From contig OY970303.1 of assembly GCA_963716255.1 (NCBI GenBank), positions 7,328,001 to 7,392,000 of the forward strand: a DNA stretch of 64,000 nt, read 5' to 3'. This document shows, piece by piece, positions 28,507-37,801 of the stretch. The notes beneath the pieces are model-generated. The model saw only the letters and a program-made list of their open reading frames with translations, had not been told where the DNA came from and made no database searches. Source of the stretch: an uncultured Gemmatimonadales bacterium (GTDB lineage Bacteria; Gemmatimonadota; Gemmatimonadetes; Longimicrobiales; Longimicrobiaceae). Both the position numbers and the translations under genes were made by a program. Position 1 is the stretch's first letter; every line of letters starts with the position of its first letter.

Positions 28507-29637
28507 ATGAGCGAGCGAGCCGTGTCGCCGGACGGCGGGAGCGAGCCGGTGCGCGTGGGGCTGATCGGCTACGGGCTGGCGGGGGCGGTGTTCCACGCGC
28601 CGCTGGTCGCCGCGAACGCCGGGATGCGACTTGCCGCCATCGTCACGGCGGACCCGGAGCGCTCCGCCGCGGCGCGCCGGGACCACCCGGGCGCGGCCGT
28701 GCTCCCCTCCGCCGGCGGCCTGTGGGAGCGCGCCGCCGGGCTGGACCTGGTGGTGGTCGCGTCGCCCAACCGCACGCACGTGCCGCTGGCGCTGGCCGCG
28801 CTGGAGGCGGGGCTCGCCGTGGTCGTGGACAAGCCGATGGCCCCCACCGCGGCCGAGGGGATGCGCCTGGTGGACGCGGCGCGGGAGCGCGGCCTGCTCC
28901 TGAGCGTGTTCCACAACCGCCGCTGGGACGGCGACTTCCTCACCCTCCGCGCGCTCGTGGACGGGGGGCGGCTGGGACCGCCGGCGCGCTTCGAGTCGCG
29001 CTTCGAGCGCTGGCGCCCGGTTCCCAGACCCGGGTGGCGCGAGAGCGGCGCGCCGGGGGAGGCGGGCGGCACCCTGTACGACCTGGGGAGCCACCTGGTG
29101 GACCAGGCGCTCGTCCTGTTCGGCCCGGTCGCGCGGGTGTACGCGGAGCTGGACCGCCGGCGCCCCGGCGTGGAGGTGGACGACGACGCGTTCCTCGCGC
29201 TCGCGCACCGCTCCGGCGCGCGCTCGCACCTGTGGATGAGCGCGTCCGCGGCGGCGGCGGGACCCCGCTTCCGCCTCCTGGGCGGCGCGGCGGGCTACGT
29301 CAAGCACGGGCTGGACGTGCAGGAGGAGCGGCTGCGCAGTGGTGCGTCGCCGCGGGACCCGGGGTGGGGCGCGGAGCCGCGGGAGCGCTGGGGGACGCTG
29401 GGGGCGGGGGACGAGGTGGAGGCGGTGCCGACGCTGCCGGGCGCCTACCCGGAGTTCTACGACGGGGTGCGCCGCGCGCTGCGGGAGGGCGGACCCCCGC
29501 CGGTGGACCCGCTGGACGCGGTGGCCGGGCTGCGTATCCTGGAGGCCGCGCGCGAATCGGCGGAGCAGGGCAGGGTGGTGGAGCTGGACGGGGAGCGCCA
29601 CCCGGGAGACGGAAGCGGCATGGAAGCGCCTCCCTGA
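28507..29637 (+). CDS. Gfo/Idh/MocA family oxidoreductase (YdgJ/IolW-like)
   Basis: VGLIGYGLAGAVFHAP, VVVDKP, FHNRRWDGDF, YDLGSHLVDQA, KHGLDVQE. Confidence 0.92.
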   Translation: MSERAVSPDGGSEPVRVGLIGYGLAGAVFHAPLVAANAGMRLAAIVTADPERSAAARRDHPGAAVLPSAGGLWERAAGLDLVVVASPNRTHVPLALAALEAGLAVVVDKPMAPTAAEGMRLVDAARERGLLLSVFHNRRWDGDFLTLRALVDGGRLGPPARFESRFERWRPVPRPGWRESGAPGEAGGTLYDLGSHLVDQALVLFGPVARVYAELDRRRPGVEVDDDAFLALAHRSGARSHLWMSASAAAAGPRFRLLGGAAGYVKHGLDVQEERLRSGASPRDPGWGAEPRERWGTLGAGDEVEAVPTLPGAYPEFYDGVRRALREGGPPPVDPLDAVAGLRILEAARESAEQGRVVELDGERHPGDGSGMEAPP

Positions 29638-29829
29638 CGGATCCGGCCGCGGGACGGTTCCGGGAGTCCGCCGGGAAGGGGAGGAACCGCGTCCACCAAT
29701 CCTCTTGCGCAATAATCTGAGGACATGCACCTTGCAAAGGCGGGCCGCCGGCGCCGTTCGGCACGGCGGCTCGTCCCTTCAGGGCAGTTCCCGAGCGCCC
29801 CCGTTGCACTCATTCCCGGGAGGATTGCC

Positions 29830-30684
29830 ATGGCTACCTCGTACGGCACCGCAGGAGCGAGCTCGGGGGAGCGCGGAGACGCCGGCGTAGCGCTGTCGGT
29901 TCGGCGGTACTCTTCCCGGTCCGCGCGCCCGCTCGCCCCACAGGGTTCCATCGTCGTGTACCTCGCCGCGGCAGGCTCCCGGCAGCTCGCCGAGCTGCAG
30001 GAAAGCACCGGGGCGGGGAGCCGGTCCGGGCTGCTCCCTGCCCTCGCGTCCGTGATCCGCGGGATCCTCCAGCTTTTCGGCATCGGGGAGGGAAAGCACG
30101 TCGACCTGGAGGCGATGGACCGGGCCGGGGGCCCGGATCCCGTCGCTGTGTCGCTGCACTACGCGGGGTCCCTGCTCGCGGGCGACGTGCCCGTTCCCCG
30201 TGACGGCCGCGTCGTTCGGCTGATCCTGCCGTACACCGGCGGCGAGCTGGTGGAGGGCGGCCTCGTGCTGCGCGGCGAGAACGCGTCGAGTGCGGTCTCC
30301 TCCCTGGTGCTGCGCCACGACCCCCCGCTCACGCGCGTGGAGCGCGCGGCGCTGGAACTGGTGCCCGAAGCGATGCTGGGGTTGCACGTCGGGGCGGCCC
30401 TCCCGGGGAACCTGCTGGGAAAGAACGACGAGGAGCGCCGCCGCCAGCAGGAAGAGCGCCGGCGCCAGGACGACGCGGCCCGGGAAGCGCGGAACGAGCA
30501 GGCGGTCGCACGCGCCGAGGCGCAGGCCGAAATGGCGGCCGAGCGCGCGGAAAGGCGCGCCGAGAAGGGACGCGACTTCGAGCCTCACCTGAGCGAAGCG
30601 ATCGTCCGGGAGCTCCCTCCGTTCGCCACCGCGGCCGCGCTGCTGCAGATGCGCCGCGACACTCTCGCGGTGCCGGGAATGTGA
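29830..30684 (+). CDS. Hypothetical protein (284 aa), candidate substrate or partner of the LinL/LinG-like pair
   Basis: GGAGG before the ATG at 29830; GTGA-coupled to the next gene; internal E/R/A-rich helical segment. Confidence 0.75.
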   Translation: MATSYGTAGASSGERGDAGVALSVRRYSSRSARPLAPQGSIVVYLAAAGSRQLAELQESTGAGSRSGLLPALASVIRGILQLFGIGEGKHVDLEAMDRAGGPDPVAVSLHYAGSLLAGDVPVPRDGRVVRLILPYTGGELVEGGLVLRGENASSAVSSLVLRHDPPLTRVERAALELVPEAMLGLHVGAALPGNLLGKNDEERRRQQEERRRQDDAAREARNEQAVARAEAQAEMAAERAERRAEKGRDFEPHLSEAIVRELPPFATAAALLQMRRDTLAVPGM

Positions 30685-31256
30685 GCACCGCCGACGTCGC
30701 CGTCGTCTCGCTGCTCGCGGGGTGGCTGCTGGCGTCGGCGGCGGCGCAGCTCCCGTGGCGCGTGAGCCGGTGGATCCGGCGGTGGGACGTCGCGGGGCTG
30801 ATCCCTTCGTTCAGCTTCTTCGCTCCGAATCCGGCGAGCTCGGACTGCCACCTCCTGTACCGTCACGTGCTGGCGGACGGGCGCGTGACCTGCTGGACCA
30901 GCGCGTTCGTCTGGAAGCCGGTGCCGTGGCGCGCCGTCTGGAATCCCGATCGCCGCGCCGAGAAGGTCATCTCCGACGCGACGGGGTCGCTCGCGCAGCG
31001 TTCGGTCGAGGACGGCGTGCGGCTCTCCGTGTCGTATCTGCTGCTGCTCAACTACGTGGCGGCGCTCCCGCGGAGCACCGGCGCAGTCGGCGTGCAGTTC
31101 GCGCTCATGGGGGCGGCGGAGTTCTCCGACCGCGCTCCCTTCGCCCGTTTCGTCTCCGACACGCATCCGCTGTACGACGCCCTGCCACCCTCCCACCCGG
31201 AGCTGCGGGAATCCGGTGCCACAACTCACGCCCTGGGAGGCGCTGGCGCTGGTTGA
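30681..31256 (+). CDS. LinL/CypL-like (SdpA-like) membrane-anchored protein
   Basis: N-terminal TM helix, then LIPSFSFFAPNP, DCHLLYR, WNPDRRAEK, YLLLLNYV and QF. These match my recollection of linaridin LinL-family proteins; not verified by a search. Confidence 0.65.
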   Translation: MSTADVAVVSLLAGWLLASAAAQLPWRVSRWIRRWDVAGLIPSFSFFAPNPASSDCHLLYRHVLADGRVTCWTSAFVWKPVPWRAVWNPDRRAEKVISDATGSLAQRSVEDGVRLSVSYLLLLNYVAALPRSTGAVGVQFALMGAAEFSDRAPFARFVSDTHPLYDALPPSHPELRESGATTHALGGAGAG

Positions 31257-32016
31257 GCGCGTCGGCGCGGTCGCCGTCCTGATTTCCAGCCTGGAGATGC
31301 TGGCCCGTCCCGGCGTGTTCGCGGACACGGGCCTGCTCAGCTGGAGCACCGAGCAGCTCCGCGCCCGCTGGCTCACCCACGGGGCGCTCGCGCGCGCTCT
31401 TGGCATGGCCTTCCGTTCGCCCGGCGTGCTCTGGATCGTGGGCCTGCGTGCCGCGGCGGCCATGATGGTGGTGGCTTCCCCGCGGCCCGGCGGAGCGCTG
31501 GTCGCCGCGGTCGCGCTGACGTCGCTCCTTCTGATGGTGCGCGATGCGTACGGCAACGACGGCGCGGACCAGATGGGGCTGATCACGTTCGTGGCGGCGG
31601 GATTCGCCCACCTGCGCCCCACCCATGCGGTCGTCGCCGCGGTGTTGTGGTTCCTGGCCCTGCAGGCGAGCCTCGGCTACTTCACGTCCGGAATCGCCAA
31701 GCTGGCCGGCCCGCGCTGGCGAAGTGGAGCAGGGCTGGTGGGCGTCCTAGAAACGCAGACGTACGGCGCCCGCGCCCTGTCCGGCCTGCTGAGGAAGCAC
31801 CCAGGGCTCGCCCTGGCATGCTCGTGGGTGGTGATCCTGGGCGAGTCGCTGTTTCCCGCCGTGCTCGCGGCGCCTCAGCCCGTGGCCATGGCCCTGCTGG
31901 CGTTCGGCGCCGTGTTCCACCTGGGCGCGGCGGCCGTGATGGGGCTCAACACCTTCCTCTGGGCCTTTCCGGCAACGTACCCGGCGGTCTGGTGGTGCGC
32001 TCACAGCTGGCACTGA
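31216..32016 (+). CDS. HTTM-domain membrane protein (LinG/CypH-N-terminal/SdpB-like)
   Basis: Multi-TM; YGNDGADQ, LQASLGYFTSGIAKL, RWRSG, TQTYG, GESLFP, FHLGAAAVMGLNTFLWAF. Confidence 0.8.
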   Translation: MPQLTPWEALALVERVGAVAVLISSLEMLARPGVFADTGLLSWSTEQLRARWLTHGALARALGMAFRSPGVLWIVGLRAAAAMMVVASPRPGGALVAAVALTSLLLMVRDAYGNDGADQMGLITFVAAGFAHLRPTHAVVAAVLWFLALQASLGYFTSGIAKLAGPRWRSGAGLVGVLETQTYGARALSGLLRKHPGLALACSWVVILGESLFPAVLAAPQPVAMALLAFGAVFHLGAAAVMGLNTFLWAFPATYPAVWWCAHSWH

Positions 32017-32036
32017 ACGACTCGGGCCTGGGCTTT

Positions 32037-32066
32037 GGCGTGCCCCGGCTGGCGCCGGGATCGGGC
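32037..32066 (+). repeat. Partial 5' end of the structured repeat, facing copy 2
   Basis: GGCGTGCCCCGGCTGGCGCCGGGATCGGGC. Confidence 0.7.
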
Positions 32067-32107
32067 ATCGCGCCGGCTGGGGGCCCCGTGGACGCCAGCG
32101 CAAACCC

Positions 32108-32236
32108 CGCGTGAGGGATTTCGGCCCGAAGGGGCGAGACCCCGCGCAGTTTGCGGGGGCTCGACTCCGTTAGGCAGCGTTGTTTGCTGCCTTACGGAGC
32201 CGAAGCCCGACCCCGGCGCCAGCCGGGGGCACGCCC
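32108..32236 (-). repeat. Structured intergenic repeat, full copy 2
   Basis: Reverse complement matches copy 1; variable stem AGGCAGC-AAACAAC-GCTGCCT. Confidence 0.9.
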
Positions 32237-32264
32237 TCACTGGGTGTTCCGGCAATCGCGCTTT

Positions 32265-34967
32265 TCAGCGGCACTCGCTGTCCGAGGAGATCCGCGTCAG
32301 GCGCAGGTGGTCCAGGAGCGCGGTGTTCACCCGCCGGTCCATGTTCTCGTCCAGCGCCGTGTAGGCCAGCGTCAGGGTGTGCTCGCCCGGCGCCAGCGCC
32401 ACGCGCAGCGCCGTGCTCCACCCCCAGTCGGTCCACTCCTCCACGCCGCGCTGCGGCATCACCAGCACCCCCGCGGGCCGGCCGTCCACCAGCAGCGTGC
32501 GCAGGGCGACCCTGGCGTCGGTGTTCACGGGTCCGCTGCCGTTGGCGTAGCGCGCGTCCACCTCGTACGCGCCGCCGCACGCCACCCGCACGGGGACGTC
32601 CACCCGGGTGTTCGCCTCGCGCGTCAGGCGCACGTATCCCGCGCCGGTGAACCCGGCGTGCGCGCGCTCCAGCGCCGCGCCCCGCGGACGGGCGACGATT
32701 TCCGTGCCCGGGGGCGCAACCCGCACCGGCTCGCTCAGGAACGACTCGGTGCCCGCGGTGTCCACCGCCAGCACCTGGTACTCGGCCAGGGCGTCCGCGC
32801 GCCCCGGCGCCACGCGGGTCTCCGTGGTGGTCGCGGTGGGACCGCCGTCGCGGTAGACGACGTAGCGGACGGCCCCGGGGACCGGCGCCCAGACGAGCGT
32901 GTCGCCGCGGAGCGCGGCCACGGGCGTTTCCGGCGCCCAGCGGTTCGGCACCCGGTTGATCCGCGCGGCCGGCCAGCGGCCGTTCATCACGATCTCCAGC
33001 GTGTGAGCACCCGTGAGCGTGGCCGGGATCTCCGCGCGCTCCAGCGGGCGGCCGTCCAGCCGGGCGGAGGCGATGCCGTCCCCGGAGCCGCGCACCGTGA
33101 CCGTGAGCACCGCGCCGCGCCAGCGCACCCCGGAAAGCGTCCGCTCGCCGGCGTAGGTGGGAGGCACCATGGGCGCGAACGTCAGCCGGTCGGCCCCGAA
33201 GCGCATCCCGAAGAGCACGCGGAACTGCGTGGCCAGGCTGCCGGCCACGCTCCACAGCTGCCGGTCGGAGTTCAGCACCGTGCCGTCGAAGTGGCCGGTC
33301 TCGGCCACCATGTTCTCCTTGCTGGTCAGGAAGAGCGCGGCCGGGCGGTAGACGGAGGCCAGCCCGTGCTCCACCGCCGCGGTGTTCCCCGCCTCCGCGG
33401 CCGCCCACGTCCAGAAGGCGTTCACGAAGGGCCAGAGCGCCCCGTTGTGGTAGCGCCGCATGTCGGGGATGTACGGCCAGAAGACCGGCGCGCCGAACTC
33501 CACCAGCGGCGTGCGGGCGACGACCTGCGCGCGCCGCCCCGCGTCCGCCACCCCGTAGATCACCGCCAGCGCCTCGCCCAGCGCGTCCGAGCGGGGCGCG
33601 GCGGACGGAAAGGTCCGGCCGTAGCGGAAGGTGGCGTAGTACCCGGCCTCCGGCTGCCACAGGTGCGCGTCGATGGCGGAGCGCAGGCTGTCCGCGGCGC
33701 GCGTCCAGGGCGCGGCCGGCTCGTCCAGCGCCGCCGCCATGCGTGCGAGGATGCGCAGCGTGGCGAAGTGCACCGCGTTGGTGCCCACCGCCTGCGAGCG
33801 GGCGATGTCGCGGGGCTCCATCCAGCGCGGGTAGCTCTGCTCCCTCCAGTCCGTGAAAGAGCTCTCGCCCGTGGCGAGCCCCGTCGCCGCGTCGAAGACC
33901 GCGTGGCGGTCCGCCTCCGCCGAGCGGCGGATCACCTCGAAGGCGCGGCGCAGCCAGCCGCGGTCGCCGGTGACGGCGTACAGCTCCCACGCAGCCAGCG
34001 CCCACGTCATCCGGTCGGTGGAAACGGGCCACGAGCCGCCCGTGCCCGTGTCCTGGATGATGCGCCCCGCGGAGTCCACCTTGGCCTCCAGGCTGCGCCG
34101 CACCGCGTCCGGCGCCACGATCGCCAGCGCCAGCACCGACGCGTACGACACGTCGCGCGTCCACACCCCGGGCCACTTGGCGCCGGCCGACAGCGCCCCG
34201 TCCTCCCGCACCAGCTGCGTCAGCTCCTCCAGCGACATCCGGTACAGCGCGTCCAGCAGCGGCTCCGGCGAGGCGAGCCGCGGAAACGCCGCGAGGTCCG
34301 CGCGCCGCGCCCACACCGCGCGCCCGTCCGCGGCGACGGGGCGGGTGTAGCGCGTCTCGATCTCCAGCGTGGTGGTGTAGATGCCGTCGCCGTCCGGGTC
34401 GACCAGCTCGGCCGGGGTGCCGGGGCGCAGCGCGGCGGCGTCCCAGCTCAGCGGCTCCACGTCGCCGATGGCGTACACCGCCCGCAGGCCGCCGCGCCCG
34501 ATGGGGTCGCCCTCCGGCGGGTCGTACCCGCCGGCCCCGTCGAGGGCGCGCAGCACTCCGCGCAGGTCCAGCCGCAGCGTCACCCGCGCCATCCCCTCCT
34601 CGCTGGTGGCGAACGTCTCCGGGGTGGGGACCGCCGGCGGCTGCTCGCGCCCGAACACGTACAGCGGCGACTCGATGCGGCCGGCCGTGGGGCGGATGTA
34701 CAGGGTGTGCTCGGTGCCGGGGCGGAACTCGTTGTCCGCGCCGTTCAGGCTGAAGCGGAAGTGCATCTCCCGCCCCGAGCGCGGGTAGCTGGAAAGGAGG
34801 GTGTCGCGCGAGCGGGCGACCGCCTCGAAGCGCCCCTGCCGCACCGAGCTGTCGGTGAGCACGAACGCCTCCGAGCGGTACAGCACGGACTGCGCGCCCA
34901 CGGGCGGCGCGGCGGCGAGCGCGAGGGCGGCCACGGCGAGGGACGGCGTGCGGAGCGGCGGGCTCAT
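32265..34967 (-). CDS. Secreted (alpha/alpha)6 glycoside hydrolase (amylo-alpha-1,6-glucosidase/MGH1-like) with C-terminal CBM35/CBM6-like domain
   Basis: Signal peptide; AGAKWPGVWTRDVSY, IIQDTGTGGSWPVSTDR, GESSFTDWREQSYP, YHNGALWPFV, NSDRQLWSVAG; C-terminal GFTGAGYV...RYANGSG; ATGA-coupled to glk. Confidence 0.85.
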   Translation of the reverse strand: MSPPLRTPSLAVAALALAAAPPVGAQSVLYRSEAFVLTDSSVRQGRFEAVARSRDTLLSSYPRSGREMHFRFSLNGADNEFRPGTEHTLYIRPTAGRIESPLYVFGREQPPAVPTPETFATSEEGMARVTLRLDLRGVLRALDGAGGYDPPEGDPIGRGGLRAVYAIGDVEPLSWDAAALRPGTPAELVDPDGDGIYTTTLEIETRYTRPVAADGRAVWARRADLAAFPRLASPEPLLDALYRMSLEELTQLVREDGALSAGAKWPGVWTRDVSYASVLALAIVAPDAVRRSLEAKVDSAGRIIQDTGTGGSWPVSTDRMTWALAAWELYAVTGDRGWLRRAFEVIRRSAEADRHAVFDAATGLATGESSFTDWREQSYPRWMEPRDIARSQAVGTNAVHFATLRILARMAAALDEPAAPWTRAADSLRSAIDAHLWQPEAGYYATFRYGRTFPSAAPRSDALGEALAVIYGVADAGRRAQVVARTPLVEFGAPVFWPYIPDMRRYHNGALWPFVNAFWTWAAAEAGNTAAVEHGLASVYRPAALFLTSKENMVAETGHFDGTVLNSDRQLWSVAGSLATQFRVLFGMRFGADRLTFAPMVPPTYAGERTLSGVRWRGAVLTVTVRGSGDGIASARLDGRPLERAEIPATLTGAHTLEIVMNGRWPAARINRVPNRWAPETPVAALRGDTLVWAPVPGAVRYVVYRDGGPTATTTETRVAPGRADALAEYQVLAVDTAGTESFLSEPVRVAPPGTEIVARPRGAALERAHAGFTGAGYVRLTREANTRVDVPVRVACGGAYEVDARYANGSGPVNTDARVALRTLLVDGRPAGVLVMPQRGVEEWTDWGWSTALRVALAPGEHTLTLAYTALDENMDRRVNTALLDHLRLTRISSDSECR

Positions 34968-36037
34968 GGCTCGGCGGCGAGGGGGAGGGTGGACGGGAGC
35001 GGCCGGCGCGGGAGAGCGGCGGGCGGGACGGGGCCGGGGGGCGGCTCCGCCGCCACGGCGAAGCGCACCGCGCCCCAGAGCGCGGTGCGCGGCTCCAGCA
35101 CCAGGTGCACGGGAATGCGGGACATCAGCGCGGTCATGGGGCCCTTGCGGCGGAACGCCCGCAGGAAGCCCTCGCCCCGCAGCAGCCCCGCCAGCCGCGG
35201 CGGGATGCCGCCGGCCACCAGCACGCCCCCGGTCGCCAGGACGCGCAGCGCCAGGTTGCCGGCCTCGGCGCCAAGGACGCGGACGAACAGCTCCAGCGCG
35301 CGCGAGCACGCCGCGTCCGGGTCGCGGGAGGCCAGCCCCGCCTCCACGATCAGCGGCGTGGGGTCCGCCGCCGCCGCGATGCGCTCCGCCAGCGCCGCCG
35401 GCTCCCGCGCCCGCCCGCTCGCCACCAGGAAGCGGTGGATGTTGGCGATCCCGATCCCCGAGCACACCTGCTCGTAGTCCACGTGCCCGGTCTCCGCCTG
35501 GAGAAAGGCCAGCAGCTCGCGCTGCTCCGCGTCCGCGGGGGCGAAGTCGGTGTGTCCGCCCTCGGAGGGAAAGGCCGCGTACTCCCCGCGGCCGGGGACC
35601 AGGAAGGCCTCGCCCAGCCCCGTCCCCGGCGCGACCACCCCCAGCACGCCGCCCGGGTGCGGCACCCCCTCCTGCAGCGCCAGCAGCTGCTCGGCGCGCA
35701 GGTGCGGCACGGCCAGGGCGGTGGCGTGCAGGTCGTTAAGCACCCTCACGCGCCGTAGCCCCAGGGCCCGGCGGACCGCCTCCGGGTCCACCTCCCACCC
35801 CAGGTTGGGGAGCCGGGCGCGGCCGTCCACCACCGGCCCCGCCACGCTGAAGCTCGCCGAGTCCACCGGGACCCCGGCCGCGTGCAGGAACGGCGCGGCC
35901 AGCTCCGCCAGCCCCGCGTGCGCCCGGCTGGGGAGCGTCGCCTCCGCGACCACCCGCACCGCCTCCCCTTCCACCGCCACCACGGCAAGGTCCGCCTTGG
36001 TGCCGCCGACGTCTCCCGCCAGGAGGTACGGGCCCAT
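34964..36037 (-). CDS. glk: Glucokinase
   Basis: LAGDVGGTK, VAGPV, LND, APGTGLGEA, SEGGHTDFAP, AGGIPPR, KGPM. Confidence 0.92.
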   Translation of the reverse strand: MGPYLLAGDVGGTKADLAVVAVEGEAVRVVAEATLPSRAHAGLAELAAPFLHAAGVPVDSASFSVAGPVVDGRARLPNLGWEVDPEAVRRALGLRRVRVLNDLHATALAVPHLRAEQLLALQEGVPHPGGVLGVVAPGTGLGEAFLVPGRGEYAAFPSEGGHTDFAPADAEQRELLAFLQAETGHVDYEQVCSGIGIANIHRFLVASGRAREPAALAERIAAAADPTPLIVEAGLASRDPDAACSRALELFVRVLGAEAGNLALRVLATGGVLVAGGIPPRLAGLLRGEGFLRAFRRKGPMTALMSRIPVHLVLEPRTALWGAVRFAVAAEPPPGPVPPAALPRRPLPSTLPLAAEP

Positions 36038-36091
36038 TTCTCTGCGGTCGGGAGGACGGGGGGAGCCGGAGCGGCGGGTCCGGGCCGGATA

Positions 36092-36112
36092 TTTGTAACG
36101 AATACCAACTAA
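36092..36112. promoter_or_regulatory. Putative ROK operator between divergent glk and ROK genes
   Basis: TTTGT-N11-ACTAA, the same format as the sites at 37638, 37678, 62013 and 62102. Confidence 0.6.
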
Positions 36113-36250
36113 ATCCGGCGCGGTCAAGAACGTCGTGGCGCGAGGCGTGTGCCCCGGGGGTATGTAAGAGTCTTGCGAGACACGGCGCCGCGCGCGAAGC
36201 TTCACCCACCCGCTCCCGCCGAGCGACGGCGCCGTCCCTGTCGAGATGCC

Positions 36251-37471
36251 ATGCGAAAGATCAACACGCGGAGCTTCCACCTCGCGACCCGCTCCACGGC
36301 CCGGGAGGTCAACCGGCAGATCGTTCTCAACCTGGTGCGCGAGCACCAGCCCATCTCCCGCGCCGACCTGGCGCGGCGCATGGGCGTGGCGCGCGGCTCG
36401 GTGACGCCGCTGGTCAAGGAGCTCCTCGCCGACGGGCTGATCTACGAAGGCTCCATGGGCGACACCTCGCGGGGGCGCAAGCCCACGCTGCTGTACGTGC
36501 GCACCCGCGACCGGCTGGCCGTGGGGATCGACGTGCGCTACAGCCGCACCGCCGTGATCCTCAGCGACTTCGCCGGGCGGGAGGTCGCCATGGAAACCTT
36601 CGCCACGCCGCTGGACCCGGGGGAGCTTACCGCCGAGTTGGTGCGCCGCGTGCTGCGCCTGGTGGAGGCGCACGCCGGGGCGGGGGAGTGCGAGGGGGTG
36701 GGGCTGGTGGTGCCCGGCGTGGTGGACCGGCGCACCGCGGTCGTGCTGAACGCGCCCACCCTGGGGTGGCGCGACGTGGACCTGCGCGCCGCGCTCACCG
36801 CGGCCATCGGGCTCCCCGTCTTCATCGACCGGGACGCGGCGGCGTGCGCGCTGGCGCACATGTGGCTGAGCCAGGCCAGCGGCGACGGCGTGGACAACTT
36901 CGTGTACCTGACCGTGTCCGACGGCGTGGGCACCAGCGTGGTGGTCAACGGCGAGGTGCTGCGCGGCTACCGGAGCACGGCCGGCGAGTTCGGCCACGTC
37001 CCGCTCAGCCTGGACGGACCGCTGTGCGCCTGCGGCGCGCGGGGGTGCCTGGAAGCGTACGCCTCCAACCGGGCCACCCTGGCGCGCTACCTGGGCCGGG
37101 AGCTGTCGTCGCCCGGGGCGTACGCGCAGCTGCGCGGCGAGGAGCTGGAGATCCCCGACCTGGTCGCCCGGGCGCGCTCCGGCGACGCCGCCGCGCTGAA
37201 CGCGCTGCGCGAGACGGGGCGCTACCTGGGGGTGGGGATCGCGAACATCATCAACGCCATCAGCCCCGCGCGCATCGTGGTGGGCGGCGAGATCACCGCG
37301 GCGTGGGACCTGATCGAGCCCGCCGTCGCCCGGTCCGTCCGGGAGCGCACGCTCACCGCCGGGTCGGCCGCCACGCCGGTGGTGGTGGAGGCCGGCGACA
37401 GCTACCTGCGCCTGCGCGGCGCGTCGGCGCTCGTGGTCGCGCCGGTGTTCGTGGCCCCGCGCGTGGCCTGA
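36251..37471 (+). CDS. ROK family transcriptional repressor (NagC/XylR-like)
   Basis: NRQIVLNLVREHQPISRADLAR HTH; GRKPTLL; AGEFGH...CACGARGCLEAYAS. Confidence 0.93.
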   Translation: MRKINTRSFHLATRSTAREVNRQIVLNLVREHQPISRADLARRMGVARGSVTPLVKELLADGLIYEGSMGDTSRGRKPTLLYVRTRDRLAVGIDVRYSRTAVILSDFAGREVAMETFATPLDPGELTAELVRRVLRLVEAHAGAGECEGVGLVVPGVVDRRTAVVLNAPTLGWRDVDLRAALTAAIGLPVFIDRDAAACALAHMWLSQASGDGVDNFVYLTVSDGVGTSVVVNGEVLRGYRSTAGEFGHVPLSLDGPLCACGARGCLEAYASNRATLARYLGRELSSPGAYAQLRGEELEIPDLVARARSGDAAALNALRETGRYLGVGIANIINAISPARIVVGGEITAAWDLIEPAVARSVRERTLTAGSAATPVVVEAGDSYLRLRGASALVVAPVFVAPRVA

Positions 37472-37539
37472 GACGCCTGCGCCGCGTCGGCGCCTCCCCG
37501 GGGCGCCGCGTCGAATTCGGTTGGTTTGTTGACAATTCG

Positions 37540-37568
37540 TTGACAACGGCGGGGGCGCACATTAGCAT
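37540..37568 (+). promoter_or_regulatory. sigma70-type promoter upstream of susC
   Basis: TTGACA (37540-37545), 17 bp, TAGCAT (37563-37568); a second TTGACA lies at 37529. Confidence 0.7.
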
Positions 37569-37637
37569 GCCACCATCTGCTCGTCGTCGCACCTTCCCGG
37601 CGCAACCGTGACCTTCCCGCTGCACTCGCGCGGGGAT

Positions 37638-37698
37638 TTCGTACCCCGGAGGTACGAATCGCCGGTGTCGCCCGGGTATTGTTAGCACGCTTTACAAT
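37638..37698. promoter_or_regulatory. Two putative ROK operators in the susC leader
   Basis: TTCGTACC-ccgga-GGTACGAA (37638-37658) and ATTGT-N11-ACAAT (37678-37698). Confidence 0.6.
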
Positions 37699-37801
37699 CT
37701 GTCACCGGCCCGGCGCCGGACCGCCGTGCCTGCCCTGCTGCGAGCTCGCGCCGAGCATGGGCGATGTTTCCAACACTCCCCACCCCACGGAGGGCAGACG
37801 T

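Noticed and set aside
37516..37536. Possible sixth ROK operator, TTCGG-N11-ACAAT
   Set aside because: Mismatch in the conserved GT and overlap with a TTGACA hexamer; could be chance.
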